A stretch of DNA of 32,602 nucleotides, from positions 137,205,433 to 137,238,034 of the forward strand of contig NC_068984.1 in assembly GCF_001194135.2 (NCBI RefSeq). The letters are read 5' to 3'. Every line of letters starts with the position of its first letter. Within the stretch, counting starts at the first letter, position 1. This DNA comes from Octopus bimaculoides (Eukaryota). Below the pieces are notes generated by a model. It was not told where the DNA came from, did no database searches, and worked only from the letters and a program-made list of their open reading frames with translations. A program made the position numbers and the translations under genes. Shown in pieces: positions 1 to 11,161 of this stretch.

Positions 1-137
1 AATGACATTGATAGTTAATGATCTTTTTTGGTCTCCAGCTCTGAAATGAATGTTCAAAAAAACTCATTTCGCTTTTGAGAAAATGCAAATACACAATAGG
101 CAGGAAAAAAGTACATAGTTCAATGTTCCTTAGTGCA

Positions 138-171
<34 letters not shown>

Positions 172-253
172 CGCTTCCTCATTGACTCAAAAAGCCCATC
201 ATTGCTTCCTCCTGAGTGTTCTTCTCTAATGTTTTTCAATATCTATCCAACAG

Positions 254-341
254 CTACAATATGTTATTGAGTGCTTACCATCAATCAGTGCAACAAGACT
301 GGCCTTTCACTCTCTGTTTGGTGAACCTTGGCATATTATTT
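254..341 (+). CDS. KNTC1: KNTC1 exon a (LQYVIECLPSISATRLAFHSLFGEPWHII)
   Basis: caacag acceptor, GTAAGT donor; phase 0 to 1; matches ROD FHLIFFG..FWKILS motif. Confidence 0.85.
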
Positions 342-371
342 GTAAGTACTTTTCACTTATTTCTTAATCTT

Positions 372-590
372 AAGGTGACGAGCTGGCAGAATCGTTAGCA
401 TGCCGGGCGAAATGCTTTGCAATATTTCATCTGTCTTTACATTCTGAGTTCAAATTCCGCCGAGATCGACTTTGCCCTTTCATCCTTTCGGGGTCAATAA
501 AATAAGTACAAGTTGCGTATTGGGATCGATCTAATCAGCTGGCTCCTTCCCCCAAAATTTGGGGCCTTGTTACCAGAGTAGAAAAGAATA
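372..590 (+). mobile_element. tRNA-derived SINE, family A (tail variant 1)
   Basis: A-box TGGCAGAATCGTTAGC, B-box GAGTTCAAATT, central GACTTTGCC(C)TTTCATCCTTTCGGGGTC module; many copies in the window. Confidence 0.85.
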
Positions 591-599
591 TTTAACTTT

Positions 600-990
600 T
601 TAATGTTTTTTTAGTCTTGGGACTGTGGTCATGCTGGGGCACTGCCTTGGAAAGTTTAGTTGAGTAAATTGACCCCAGTTCGTTTTTTTTTTTTTTTCTT
701 TTTCAAGCCTGGTATTTATCCTATCAGTATGTTTTTGCCAAGCTGCTAAGTTACAAGGACATAAACAAACCATCACTGGCTGTCAAGCAGTGCTGAAGGA
801 CAAACACACTCACACACACACACACACACACAAACATATGACAGACTTCTTTTCAGCATCCATCTACCAAATCCACTCACAAGGCTTTGGTCAGCCTGGG
901 GATATGTTAGGTGCTGCAGAGTGGGGCTGAACTCAAAATCACATGGTTGGCAAGCAAGCTTCTTAATGACACAGCCATACCACTGCCTAT
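600..990 (-). mobile_element. tRNA/CORE-like SINE, family B (old copy, internal CA repeat)
   Basis: Similar to 3413-3833 and 10378-10786. Confidence 0.8.
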
Positions 991-1199
991 AAAGACATAA
1001 CCGGCATGCTGTCCACATAGCTGCACCCCATCATCTCATTCTGACATACGTGCATATCCATGCACACATGTGTACATAGAAATGCATTTTTCATGTTACG
1101 TTTCCTTTTTTTTGTTCTCTTTCCTACTTTTTATGCAGATTTTTGTTCTGATCGTTGGAATAATTTTTAACAATTTTTTTTTTTTCTCTTTTCTCACAG

Positions 1200-1258
1200 C
1201 TAAAGAACTCGATGTCAATAACGTTGACGAATGGTTACTTCTATCAAACATCCTGAAG
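1200..1258 (+). CDS. KNTC1: KNTC1 exon b (SKELDVNNVDEWLLLSNILK)
   Basis: poly-T tract + cacag, GTAATT donor; phase 1 to 0. Confidence 0.88.
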
Positions 1259-1301
1259 GTAATTACACCTTTGATCTATCCCTGAAATGCTTTTTTCCAA
1301 T

Positions 1302-1408
1302 AGGCACAGGAGTGGCTCTGTGGTAAGTAGCTTGCTTACCAACCACATGGTTCCGGGTTCAGTCCCACTGTGTGGCACCTTGGGCAAGTGTCTTCTACTA
1401 TAGTCTCG
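1302..1408 (+). mobile_element. family B SINE head (tRNA + CORE-like)
   Basis: GGAGTGGC..TGGTAAG..GGTTCAGTCCC..GGCACCTTGGGCAAGTG; ~94% identical to the reverse complement of 3725-3833. Confidence 0.85.
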
Positions 1409-1466
1409 ATCTTTAAATTTAGTAACAAGTTAATGATTGATTTTCTTTGATTCCATCTCATTTCAG

Positions 1467-1701
1467 CTCTCCCCAGACCAATTGTATGCAGTTGCCCTTC
1501 AAAATACCATCAAGGTTTATGTGTCATCTTTAGGGGACAGCAAAAATGCCAATACTCTCAAGGAGAAGAGTCGATGTCGATGGGGTCCTGATGAAATAAA
1601 CAAAGACATGATGGACACAGTTAAAAACATTCTTACAAAAATTCAAGACTTGGAATCCACCTCAGCCCTGGCTACCTACATCATGAAAGAACTGCCTATT
1701 G
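1467..1701 (+). CDS. KNTC1: KNTC1 exon c (LSPDQLY...IMKELPI)
   Basis: tttcag acceptor, GTACGT donor; phase 0 to 1; inside ORF 1437-1802. Confidence 0.9.
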
Positions 1702-1759
1702 GTACGTTGAATCGGTCACTCCTCATATCTTATAATATCAAAGATCTTTGGTTTTCAAG

Positions 1760-2097
1760 ATACATCTTCACCACCATCTCTTTCTCCCCACAACTGGGGT
1801 AACTATGTGTGTCCCCTATTTCTGTTCCTCTGTTACACTTTACCCTATCATCACCTGGCAGTAAACCACCTCCCTCAATAGTACTCCTCCCCACCTCTCT
1901 GTTGAAGGGTCTTGTTTTGCAAGTTACTAGGTGACCTCACCAATGCCAGTACCACGTGCAAAGAACCTGGTGCACTTTGTAAAGTGTTGGCATTAGGAAG
2001 GGCATCCAGCTTTTAGAAGCAGACTGGGGCTCGGCATGGTCCTCTGGCACACCAGCTCCTGTCAAACCATCCAGCATGGAAAACAGACATAAAATGT
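1760..2097 (+). mobile_element. SINE with RTE-type tail (family D, old)
   Basis: GCAAGTTACTAGGTGACC..AGGAAGGGCATCCAGC..AGCATGGAAAACAGACATAAAATG. Confidence 0.7.
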
Positions 2098-2502
2098 CTT
2101 CAGAGTTCTAGTCAAAATATTACAACTTTGTCAAACCATACAACACCAATACTTATTCCAGATTTTATTGGAAAATAGCTTAAAAGCCAAACTTCATGCA
2201 GACTTTTAAGCAAGCTCCTGCAGCCCAAGAGCAATAATAATAAAGCAGTTATTGGTCCCTTACCAATATGGTATCACCCTACCAATGTGGTATTACTTTA
2301 AATTCAGTTTAAATGAAATGCTTGTAAATTTGCAAATTTTGGGAGTTGGAGTTTCTTTAAAATTTGAATTTTCAACTGTTAGCATATAACAAATCTTCAT
2401 CCAGACCTGATCCCAATACTGGATGTTGAAGAACCAAATGAAAGACAGATTTTCAGTCCCGAGATCATCCTGATTCCAAAAAGGTATAATATGTCTATGT
2501 AG

Positions 2503-2780
2503 AGATCGTTGCCAGTGCCCCTGGACTGGCTCTTGTGCGGGTGGCACATAAAATACACCATTTTGAGCGTGGCCGTTGCCAGTACCGCCTGACTGGCCTT
2601 CGTGCGGGTGACATGTAAAAGCACCCACTACACTCTCTGAGTGGTTGGCGTTAGGAAGGGCATCCAGCTGTAGAAACTCTGCCAAATCAGATTGGAGCCC
2701 GGTGTTGCCATCTGGTTTCACCAGTCCTCAGTCAAATCGTCCAACCCATGCTAGCATGGAAAGCGGACGTTAAACGATGA
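2503..2780 (+). mobile_element. family D element, young, with ~66-bp units
   Basis: Closely matches 5085-5366; ends AGCATGGAAAGCGGACGTTAAACGATGA. Confidence 0.85.
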
Positions 2781-2934
2781 GAGCAAATACAGACTGAGAT
2801 GCAGGAGTCCCAGACGGACAAGATACATTATTGTTATTAATCATTGGTGTTTAAACACTTACTAACAGAATTTCAAGTGTGCACATAATCTAAATACTAA
2901 AATGTTAATGATTTTTGTACATCCATTTTTCCAG

Positions 2935-3005
2935 GAGCTGAGAAAGTATTATCTCTCAAGTTCTGTGTTTCTTTTACGGATGAATGGCTTCAGGCAGAAA
3001 AAGAG
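2935..3005 (+). CDS. KNTC1: KNTC1 exon d (GAEKVLSLKFCVLFTDEWLQAEKE)
   Basis: ttttccag acceptor, GTAAGG donor; phase 1 to 0; matches ROD ALKFCLYLAERWL. Confidence 0.92.
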
Positions 3006-3211
3006 GTAAGGTTCTTCATTATTCACTCTTTATTTCTTAACTTTCTTAGCTCCATAAGTTGTATTCCAAGGTAATTAGGATTCTATTTGCTGATCTGGTG
3101 TGGCGGTAGCAACAGTGGCTATTGAGTTCTCCCATGCGTGTTAACTCGTTTAATACCAACCTGCCTAAGGCCAACCCTGGTTGTGATACAAACATATTGT
3201 TTTAAAGTGAC

Positions 3212-3391
3212 TTAATCCTTTAGCATTTAAACTGGCCAGATCTGGCTTTTCACATCAACCCTACAATACCATTCTAAAAATTAAGCTACCTCACCAAAAT
3301 CTCAAAGCTACAAAATAATGTATGAATAATTGAAAACAGTGTGAATAAATGCGCATTACATTTGACAGGGTAATCTGAATGCTAAAGGGTT
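3212..3391. mobile_element. piggyBac-like MITE
   Basis: TTAA-(T/C)CCTTTAGCATT ... AATGCTAAAGGG-TT inverted termini; related copy at ~29930-30118. Confidence 0.55.
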
Positions 3392-3412
3392 CCAGACCCC
3401 AGATTAATTATA

Positions 3413-3833
3413 CTCTTTACTCTTTTACTTGTTTCAATCATTTGACTGTGGCCATGCTGGAGCACTGCCTTTTAGTCAAACAAATTGACCGCAGGACTTA
3501 TTCTTTGTAAGCCTAGTACTTATTCTGTCGGTCTCTTTCGCCGAACTGCTAAGTTATGGGGACGTAAACACACCAGCATCGGTTGTCAAGCGATGTTGGG
3601 GGGATAAACATGGGCACACAAACATACACACACACACAAACACGCACATATATACATATATATATATACGACGGGCTTCTTTCAGTTTCCGTCTACCAAA
3701 TCCACTCACAAGGCTTTGGTCAGCCCGAGGCTATAGTAGAAGATACTTGCCCAAGGTGCCACGCAGTGGGACTGAACCCGGAACCATGTGGTTGGTAAGC
3801 AATCTACTTACCACACAGCCACTCCTATGCCTA
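3413..3833 (-). mobile_element. full-length family B SINE with internal (CA)/(TA) microsatellite
   Basis: tRNA head + CORE-like region + microsatellite + tail ending in (GAGTAAA)-type repeats. Confidence 0.88.
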
Positions 3834-3967
3834 TGACAAAATTATTTTATCAACTTCATTATTTTCAAAATTAATTGAAACCAAAGTGGTGCATTTTAAT
3901 AGAAATTTGGATAATTAAAGGGTTAAATTAATGTAATCATGTGTTTTTCTTTTTCTTTTTCTTTTAG

Positions 3968-4172
3968 CCCTCAAATTACAAGAAGGCCAAAACTGCTTAC
4001 TTCAAATTTAAGAGTCTGTATGAGAGATTAGCCACTGAACAAGTGTTGTTCCTCTACAAACTGGCCACCCCTGAATTACTTAATTTGTGCTGTGAACCTG
4101 AGAAGTTGATAACTGAACTCTATCAGCATCCATCGGTTTTGGATTCTACTTTACCTGAGCATCTGCGTCCTG
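3968..4172 (+). CDS. KNTC1: KNTC1 exon e (PSNYKKAK...LYQHPSVLDSTLPEHLRP)
   Basis: cttttag acceptor, GTAGGT donor; phase 0 to 1; LYQHPS matches ROD LYEHPS. Confidence 0.92.
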
Positions 4173-4468
4173 GTAGGTAAAACCTTCTACTCTCTGTGTT
4201 AAAGGTATCCAGTCCCCACTGTAACATGGTTGGCATTTGGAAGGGCATCCAGATAGTTTTTCTACCTGGCCAGCTCCTGTCAACCATCCTACCCATGCGT
4301 CCGGTGCGCTCTCAGCGGCCCTGGAAAATCCGGGTCCGTAACGATTCTCTTCCCTAAAACTATATATATATATTTTATACCGTGAAACTTAATTTAATTT
4401 TCATTTTTAATAAGTTGAATTTAATTGAGTTTTTACCTGTAAATTTGGATTTTTATCCCTAATATTAT

Positions 4469-4502
<34 letters not shown>

Positions 4503-4507
4503 GTATA

Positions 4508-4633
4508 CAGTAATCCCTCGCCATATCATAATAATGAAAATATACATTACAGTCCTGTTTCTACTTCACAGATTTTCACCTATCGCAGGGGGGTTTTGGG
4601 AGGTAACACCTGCGATAGTCGAGGGATTAACTG
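4508..4633. mobile_element. Tigger/pogo-type MITE, 126 bp
   Basis: TIRs CAGT(T)AATCCCTCG, flanked by TA on both sides. Confidence 0.8.
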
Positions 4634-4740
4634 TAAATGATGAGGAGGTATTCTTCTATACCTCTCCATCACACACACTCACTTTCAACCCTAATTGCCA
4701 GCAATTAATGTTTTTTTGTCTATTTTCTTTCTGTTGCTAG

Positions 4741-4856
4741 ATATCAACAGCATGGCAGAACAGATAGCATCCATCCACCAGTTGACCATTGAAGATCTGA
4801 AGGTCAGTTTAGTCTGTGAATGGTTAGAAACTAACAAGACCGAAGATGTTGATATG
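4741..4856 (+). CDS. KNTC1: KNTC1 exon f (DINSMAEQIASIHQL...EWLETNKTEDVDM)
   Basis: gctag acceptor, GTAATT donor; phase 1 to 0; matches ROD DIHAAAKEIAEVN..LLEKWL. Confidence 0.92.
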
Positions 4857-4949
4857 GTAATTATTACATGTTTATCATTTGTCTGACCGCTTCTCTGAAA
4901 ATCCTTCTACACCACATTTACATATATTTACACCTTATTCTCATTATCC

Positions 4950-5838
4950 TCCCACCAACGTCGTCTCCTTCATTGGACACGGAACTCGGCTTGCGAAGAC
5001 CTGTTGGGGCAAGCGAAAGCGAAATCGTGATGGCACCCGTGCCCAGCATCGCCTTCCTGGCACGTTAGAAAACATTCGAGCGAGGTCGTTGCCAGTGCCG
5101 CTGGACTGGCTCCTGTGCAGGTGGCACGTAAAATACACCATTTTGAGCGTGGCCGTTGCCAGTACTGCCTGACTGGCCTTCGTGTCAGTGGCATGTAAAA
5201 GCACCCACTACACTCTTGGTGTGGTTGGCGTTAGGAAGGGCATCCAGCTGTAGAAACTCTGCCAAATCAGATTGGAGCCTGGTGCAGCCTTCTGGCTTGC
5301 CAGTCCTCAGTCAAATCATCCAATCCATGCTAGCATGGAAAGCAGACGTTAAACGATGATGATGATGTATCGTTACAAGCATGGCTGTGTGGTAAGAAGT
5401 TTGCTTTTCACTTACATGGTCTTGGGCTCTGTCCCACTGCATGGCACCTTGGGCGAGTGTCTTTTACTCCCTCTCTTTCTCCCCCCCCCCCCCGGCCAGG
5501 TAACCATGTACTTCCTCTACAGCAAGACACCAGTTTCTGTCTCTCCGTCTCACTTATAACCTTTCATCATCCGACACAAGATCACCTCCTCCAATGCCCT
5601 CTCCCCTCTTGGAACCTTTTTTCTTTTTGTCTTGCAAGTACTTGGTGACCCTTTCAGTGCTTGTGCCATGTAAAAAGCACTAAGTCCACTCTGCTGAGTG
5701 GTTGGTGTTAGGAAGGGCATCCAGCTGTAAAAATCCTGCCAAAACAGTCACAGAAGTCTGGTGCAGGCTTCTGCCTGGCTGACTCTTGTGAAACCATCCC
5801 ACCCATGCTAACATTGAGGACGGACATTAAATGATGAT
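4950..5838 (+). mobile_element. tandem stack: family D element (4950-5366) + B-head/D-tail SINE (5382-5838)
   Basis: Two consecutive RTE-type (ATG)n tails; second copy begins with the family B tRNA head. Confidence 0.8.
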
Positions 5839-5860
5839 GTTATGTGTTCCATCTTTTCAG

Positions 5861-5937
5861 ACAATGACACTTGGTTTTGGTAACATACATCTCCTGGAAC
5901 ATGACAACAAACAACTAGACGGTGACAATTTTAAACG
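5861..5937 (+). CDS. KNTC1: KNTC1 exon g (TMTLGFGNIHLLEHDNKQLDGDNFKR)
   Basis: ttttcag acceptor, GTAATT donor; phase 0 to 2 fits both neighbours. Confidence 0.82.
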
Positions 5938-5968
5938 GTAATTATTTCATTTGTTCTCTCTACTTAAT

Positions 5969-6170
5969 ATTACTTACTTAAGCCCTTCACTCTGTGTGGA
6001 GCGTTGGCCTTCAACAATTTCTCTCCACTGTTCACAATCCTGAGCTTTTTGTTTGTTTTTTTTCTCCGCCCCTAGTTGGATTCTCGTTTTTTCAGCACTG
6101 CATTAATATCCTGACCCCAGCTATTTTTAAGGCTCCCATTTTTATTCTCTTTCATGGGTTGTTTCCCTGA
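5969..6170 (-). mobile_element. RTE-type LINE extreme 3' end
   Basis: Minus-strand peptides KNSWGQDI and KAQDCEQWREIVEG.RSTQSEGLK* followed by a (TAAG)n tail. Confidence 0.55.
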
Positions 6171-7452
6171 GAGAGAAGGTAGAAAGGAAAGAATGAGAGA
6201 AATGTTGAAATGCCCGATGTCAAATAAGTACTGCCAAAATGTCTCCTACCCCCTCTGCGTTCAGCGCCCCCCCCCCCACTCCTTCACTATTCACTATTTG
6301 TCATGTATTTTGGACATGTGTCCAAAATACATGACAAACTACCTGCCATAACATGGAATTTTAATTCGATGAGGTAATGGTCCAATATTGTATTCAACAG
6401 ATCAGTTCCCTTCTTGTGAAGTCTCTCATGGGTTCTACTGGTAACATGGAACCCTGTACAATCTGTTGCATGGTCAGGTCGTTAGCAACTAAACTGACAC
6501 CCCACACTTGGCTTGCTTGGTGAAGGAGGGTTGCTACAAACCCAGCAGAACTAAAAGCCAAGACATGTTAAAAGGATGGATGAACCCAATGTAGGTTCAA
6601 CAACTATCTTGCAATAGTACAAGCCCTCAGTAATTCTGGGTTGGTGTTCGGCATGCTGGAAGACCACTGGGAGTAAGGCACCCCTTAACTTGTGTTAAAG
6701 CATGTTTCTGGAACCCACTTCAAACCCAGACTATGTCTGCTCTAGGGACGTACCACCTAGGTAGGCAAGGTAGGCAGTGCCTACCTTGAATAAAATAGAT
6801 CGATAGCAACATTTTCCTTTTATGGCAAAATATGCACCTAATTCAATAAAATTATGAAGGTTACTCTGATTACTATGCATAAAATGCAAAATATTTTATA
6901 TTTTTGTAGATTAGGTAGGCATAATTCGCTCCTGCTTTGCAGTCTCAGTATTAAAGCTACACACAGTACTGCTGTAGTACACCTGCTGCGTTCATTCCTA
7001 CAACAACGTTTTCTTTATGTGTTATAAAGGCAGAAGTAAATCTGCCTTCAATTCAGTTGCGTGCCTGTGCTTTGCTTAGTCTTTATGTGTTTTATTGCAC
7101 AAACTCACCAACTGCCTATCCTGAGTCATTACTGACGGCACTTGCCTGGTCTGCTCCGATAATCGGGTGCAAGTTGGTCAGCGAATCCTCTATGGCAGTC
7201 GACAATCGAGGGAAAGATGAGCTGCTATGGACCACACCATCCCCAAAGTGTGTATGCATGTGACCAGGCACCACATGTGAACTTGTATTCCCACTGAAAC
7301 TCAGTGCACTCGTTGGTCAGAGCCAGCTCACCCCTCTCGGGGTGAATGTTGCCTCAAGGACCAGTAAGTATGTATGTTTTATACATTGAGGTTCTTCTGT
7401 ATATGTTATATACTAAGGTTTTCTTTACTTTTTTTGTGTATTTTTCAACTAG

Positions 7453-7522
7453 TGTTGCCTACGTCCTCAGGAGTGGAGACATAAAGCACAATATAGCCTT
7501 CCTACTTGGTTACTCTGGAACG
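7453..7522 (+). CDS. KNTC1: KNTC1 exon h (RVAYVLRSGDIKHNIAFLLGYSGT)
   Basis: caactag acceptor, GTAAGT donor; phase 2 to 0; matches ROD RVQYLL. Confidence 0.88.
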
Positions 7523-8004
7523 GTAAGTTTTGTTCAATTCTGTCAAGTAGGTACCACAACAGTTGGTACAATTCACTGCTCAAAGAAACAGTGACATTGT
7601 TAGCTCTTGAGCTCACTTTGCCAAGTTCACATCATCACAGCGGTTAAGCAAAAAAAATCTGTGATTGACCACTCTCTAATCATGAAGGGAAGATGATATT
7701 TATCTTTTTATCCCCTTATCCTTTTATGTCCACTTTCCATGTTAGCATGGGTTAGATGGATCATCATGGTCCCAGTCAGTTATTATTATTAGGAGCTACT
7801 GACTCCTCTCATAGGCTGATGCTAATATATTTCATTTTGATTTGGTTTAAACAATTTAAAATCGTTGGTCTCAAATTTTGACACAAGGCTAGCAATTTGA
7901 GGAGAGGGACCTAGTCAAACTCGGAATATGAAAACCAACGAAATGCTGCTAAGCATTTTGCAAAGTGTGCTAATGCTTCTGCCATCTCATCACTTTGAAT
8001 TCCA

Positions 8005-8610
8005 ATATTTTATATCCGGGTTTGTCCCCGTTAATGGGAGTGGCCGGATTTACCTTACAACTGCTCTCACACCATCTTGCCATCTCGTCCAGTTTTGGGC
8101 ATCCTCCCTCCTCAAGCCAACCTTCCCAATCTCCTTTTCCACCTGTCCCCTCCATGTTTTCTTTGGTCAACCTCGTTTTTTGCAGTTCATTCACTTTAAA
8201 CTCAAGCGCTCTCTTCAACACATGTCCATACCACCACACTCCATTCACCCTTGCCAGCTGTTCCATCATTTCCTCCAACCCCAGCATCTCCATCAAGTCT
8301 TCAGCCCTTCTTTCATCCAATAGTTTCACACCACACCATTGCTCTCTCGGTCCTTCTCAAAATTGCCATTTCACTTTCCCTCAGACACCAATGTCTCACT
8401 CTCATACAGCATTGCAGATCTCACACAACTCCGATAATCCCTTCCTTTCATCTTCAAGGGGACCTTTTGCCATATAATTATGCTCCACGTTCCTAGAACG
8501 TCACCCAGCCCAGTCTCGCTCTTGCTGTCACAGCTGCTTCACATCCTCCTCTTACGTCCATCCTATCTCCCAAATAACAAAACGCTCCCACCGTTTCCAA
8601 TGTAAAATTG
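8005..8610 (-). mobile_element. RTE-clade LINE 3' fragment (degenerate ORF2 C-terminus)
   Basis: Peptides ETVGAFCYLGDRMDVRGGCEAAVTARARLGW and WYGHVLK are typical of RTE ORF2 downstream of the RT domain; frameshifted. Confidence 0.8.
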
Positions 8611-8973
8611 TTGTTATAAATATATTTCATTGGCAATGTTATCAGAGACCGAATTAGCAGAATCATTAGAGAGTCAATAAAATACATCCTGATATTTCCT
8701 TTGTCTCTCTGTACTCTGAGTTCAAATCCTGCTATGGTCAACTTTGCCTTTCATCTTTTTTTCAGGGGATCAATAAAATAAAGTACCAATCAAATACTAG
8801 GGTCGATGTAATTGACTTTCTTCCAATCTCAACATTGCTGACCTTGTGCTGAAATTAGAAAAAGTTATGCGAAATTATATTAGATCTTTGAAATGACTCT
8901 GTTAATTAATTTGCTGCTGTTGTTTTTTTTTATTATTATTATTATTTTGCTTCTTTTTTTTTTTCCTGTGTAG

Positions 8974-9092
8974 CTGAAAAACTCAGTATCGATGACAAGT
9001 GTGTGCCAACTTCAGGCCCTCCTCTGTATGTTTGACATGGCATCGATAGAAGAAATTACCAAAATCACTTCCATGACCCTCGAGGAGATCAG
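8974..9092 (+). CDS. KNTC1: KNTC1 exon i (LKNSVSMTSVCQLQALLCMFDMA...EEIR)
   Basis: poly-T + gtgtag acceptor, GTTTGT donor; phase 0 to 2; matches ROD RALQCLFYLA..IEEVK. Confidence 0.9.
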
Positions 9093-9635
9093 GTTTGTGC
9101 TATTACAATTCATAATTACAGAGTAATTATGCTCTTTCTGTGTTTCCATAATATGGAAAGAAACTAAAATGGAATACTAGAATAATGAACCTCATAGATG
9201 TGAGAGAATGATGTTGGGGCTGAGAAATGTGAAGCAGGGTGCCACTGCCGCAGAGCAGCAAAGCTTTCCACTCATCGCTCAAAACACTTGTACTCTGCTT
9301 TCATCCTGTTGGTAGATTTTGTGGTGTTACATGAAGTTTTGGCTAAAGTTATATGGACAGCTGCCTTTGTCGTATCTTAGGACAATCTTCGTAATTTAAC
9401 AACTGCTTTTTCATGCTTGCATGAGTTGGGCAGAGTTTATTGAAGCATATTTTATATGACTGGATGCTCTTCCTGTTGCCAAACCTCATCTGCTTCCAAG
9501 CAGTTTGTCTCCCATTTTTCAGTTTCTGTTTACTAAATCCACTCACAAGGCTTTGATCAGCCCAAGGCTAGAGTAGAAGACACTTGCCAAAGGTGCCACG
9601 CAGTGAGATCGAGCCTGGTACAATATGGTTGATAC

Positions 9636-10055
9636 AAGGCGGGGAGCTGGCAGAAACGTTAGCACGCCGGGCGTAATGCTTAGCGGTATTTCGTCTGCCG
9701 CTACGTTCTGAGTTCAAATTCTGCAGAGGTCGACTTTGCCTTTCATCCTTTTGGGGTCGATAAATTAAGTACCAGTTATGCACTGGGGGTCGATGTAATC
9801 GACTTAATCCCTTTGTCTGTCCTTGTTTAGCCCCTTGTGGGCAATAAAGAAATAACAAACGTTAGCACACCAGGCAAAATGCTTAGTGGTATTTCGTCTG
9901 TCTTTATGTTCTGAGTTCAAATTCCGCCAAGGTCAACTTAACCTTTCATCCTTTCAGGCTCGATAAATTAAGTACCAGTTACATATTAGGGTTGATCTAA
10001 TTCACTAGCCCCCTCCCCAAAAATTTCAGGCCTTCTTCCTAGATTAGAAAGGAAT
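9636..10055 (+). mobile_element. two tandem family A SINEs with different tails (9636-9854, 9858-10055)
   Basis: Repeated GTTAGCAC..GAGTTCAAATT..CCTTTCATCC modules; tail AAAGAAATA vs AGAAAGGAAT. Confidence 0.85.
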
Positions 10056-10194
10056 GTGGTTGGGAAATAAGCTATTTATCTCTCAGCCACACCTGTGCTT
10101 AATTATGTCACTTTTCTTGGTTTATTCTTTCGTTTATCAATAAGGTTTGCATTAAATTAATCCACTAATCTTCAAAAGTTTTCCTTTCCAACAG

Positions 10195-10330
10195 GAGATT
10201 AATTCAGAATCAGCTGTACATTGTCAACCTGGAGAAATTGAATATTGCCATGACTGCCAAGAGTTTTGAAGACTGCAACAAAGAAAAACTTGCTAAAAGC
10301 ATTTGGAAGAATCACAGTAATGGCAAAATG
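10195..10330 (+). CDS. KNTC1: KNTC1 exon j (RRLIQNQLY...SIWKNHSNGKM)
   Basis: caacag acceptor, GTAAAA donor; phase 2 to 0; IWKNHS matches ROD LWKNHS. Confidence 0.93.
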
Positions 10331-10377
10331 GTAAAATCATTTCAAAGAATAATTAAATTTGATAAGACTAAACGAGT

Positions 10378-10586
10378 CATTTATTCTTTTACTTGTTTCA
10401 GTCATTTGACTGGGGCCATGCTGGAGCACTGCCTTTTGTCGAGCAAATTGACCCCCAAGCCTTATTCTTTGTAAGTCTACTACTAATTCTATCGGCCTTT
10501 TTTGCCGAACCACTAAGTTATGGGGACGTAAACACACTGGCATCGATTGTCAAGCGATGTTAGCAGGGGGACCAAACACACACATT

Positions 10587-10625
<39 letters not shown>

Positions 10626-10786
10626 TACGGACTTCTTTCAGTTTCCGTCTACCAAATCCACTCACAAGGCTTTGGTCGGCCCGAGGCTATAGTAGAAGAC
10701 ACTTGCCCAAGCTGCCACACAGTGGGACTGAAACCGGAACCATGTGGTTGATAAGCAAGCTACTTACCACACAGCCACTCCTACGC
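10378..10786 (-). mobile_element. full-length family B SINE
   Basis: High similarity to 3413-3833. Confidence 0.88.
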
Positions 10787-10892
10787 CAATCTCTTTTCAC
10801 AGTGAACATATTGTACAGAGCTTTCGAATTCTTCCTAATATTAACTCAAGGTTAAGCTTTTACAGTCCTCACAGTTACATAACTGTACCTGC

Positions 10893-11068
10893 TTTCTCCT
10901 ATAGCTTCAGGCTAACCAAAGCCTTAGGAGTGGATTTGATAGATGGAAACTTAAAGAAGCCCATCATATATATTTATATATAAAGTCCCGGGGTCAATTT
11001 TTTTGACTGTAACCCTTCAAGGTGGTGCTCCAGCATGGCTGCAATCCAATGACTGAAACTAGTAAAAG
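10893..11068 (+). mobile_element. internally deleted family B SINE
   Basis: CCAAAGCCTT..GGAAAC..AAGAAGCCC then GGTGCTCCAGCATGGC..GACTGAAAC. Confidence 0.7.
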
Positions 11069-11161
11069 AAAAAATTACTAGTTCAATTGTCAAACATAAC
11101 CCTATGTAACATAATTTACCTTTATGTCTGACCAAAGAATATTATAACATTATTTTTACAG

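Noticed and set aside
372-470. tRNA genes at A-box/B-box motifs
   Set aside because: These are SINE heads continuing into SINE bodies; no full cloverleaf.
2383-2483. Possible extra or poison exon (ttag|CATATAAC...AAAG|gtataa; one frame reads HPDLIPILDVEEPNERQIF)
   Set aside because: 101 nt, incompatible with flanking phases, PTC in the entering frame, no ROD similarity; the main frame is complete without it.
6350-6720. Moderately GC-rich stretch reminiscent of an RTE LINE 5' UTR
   Set aside because: Cannot be assigned without a library search; no ORF or termini recognised.
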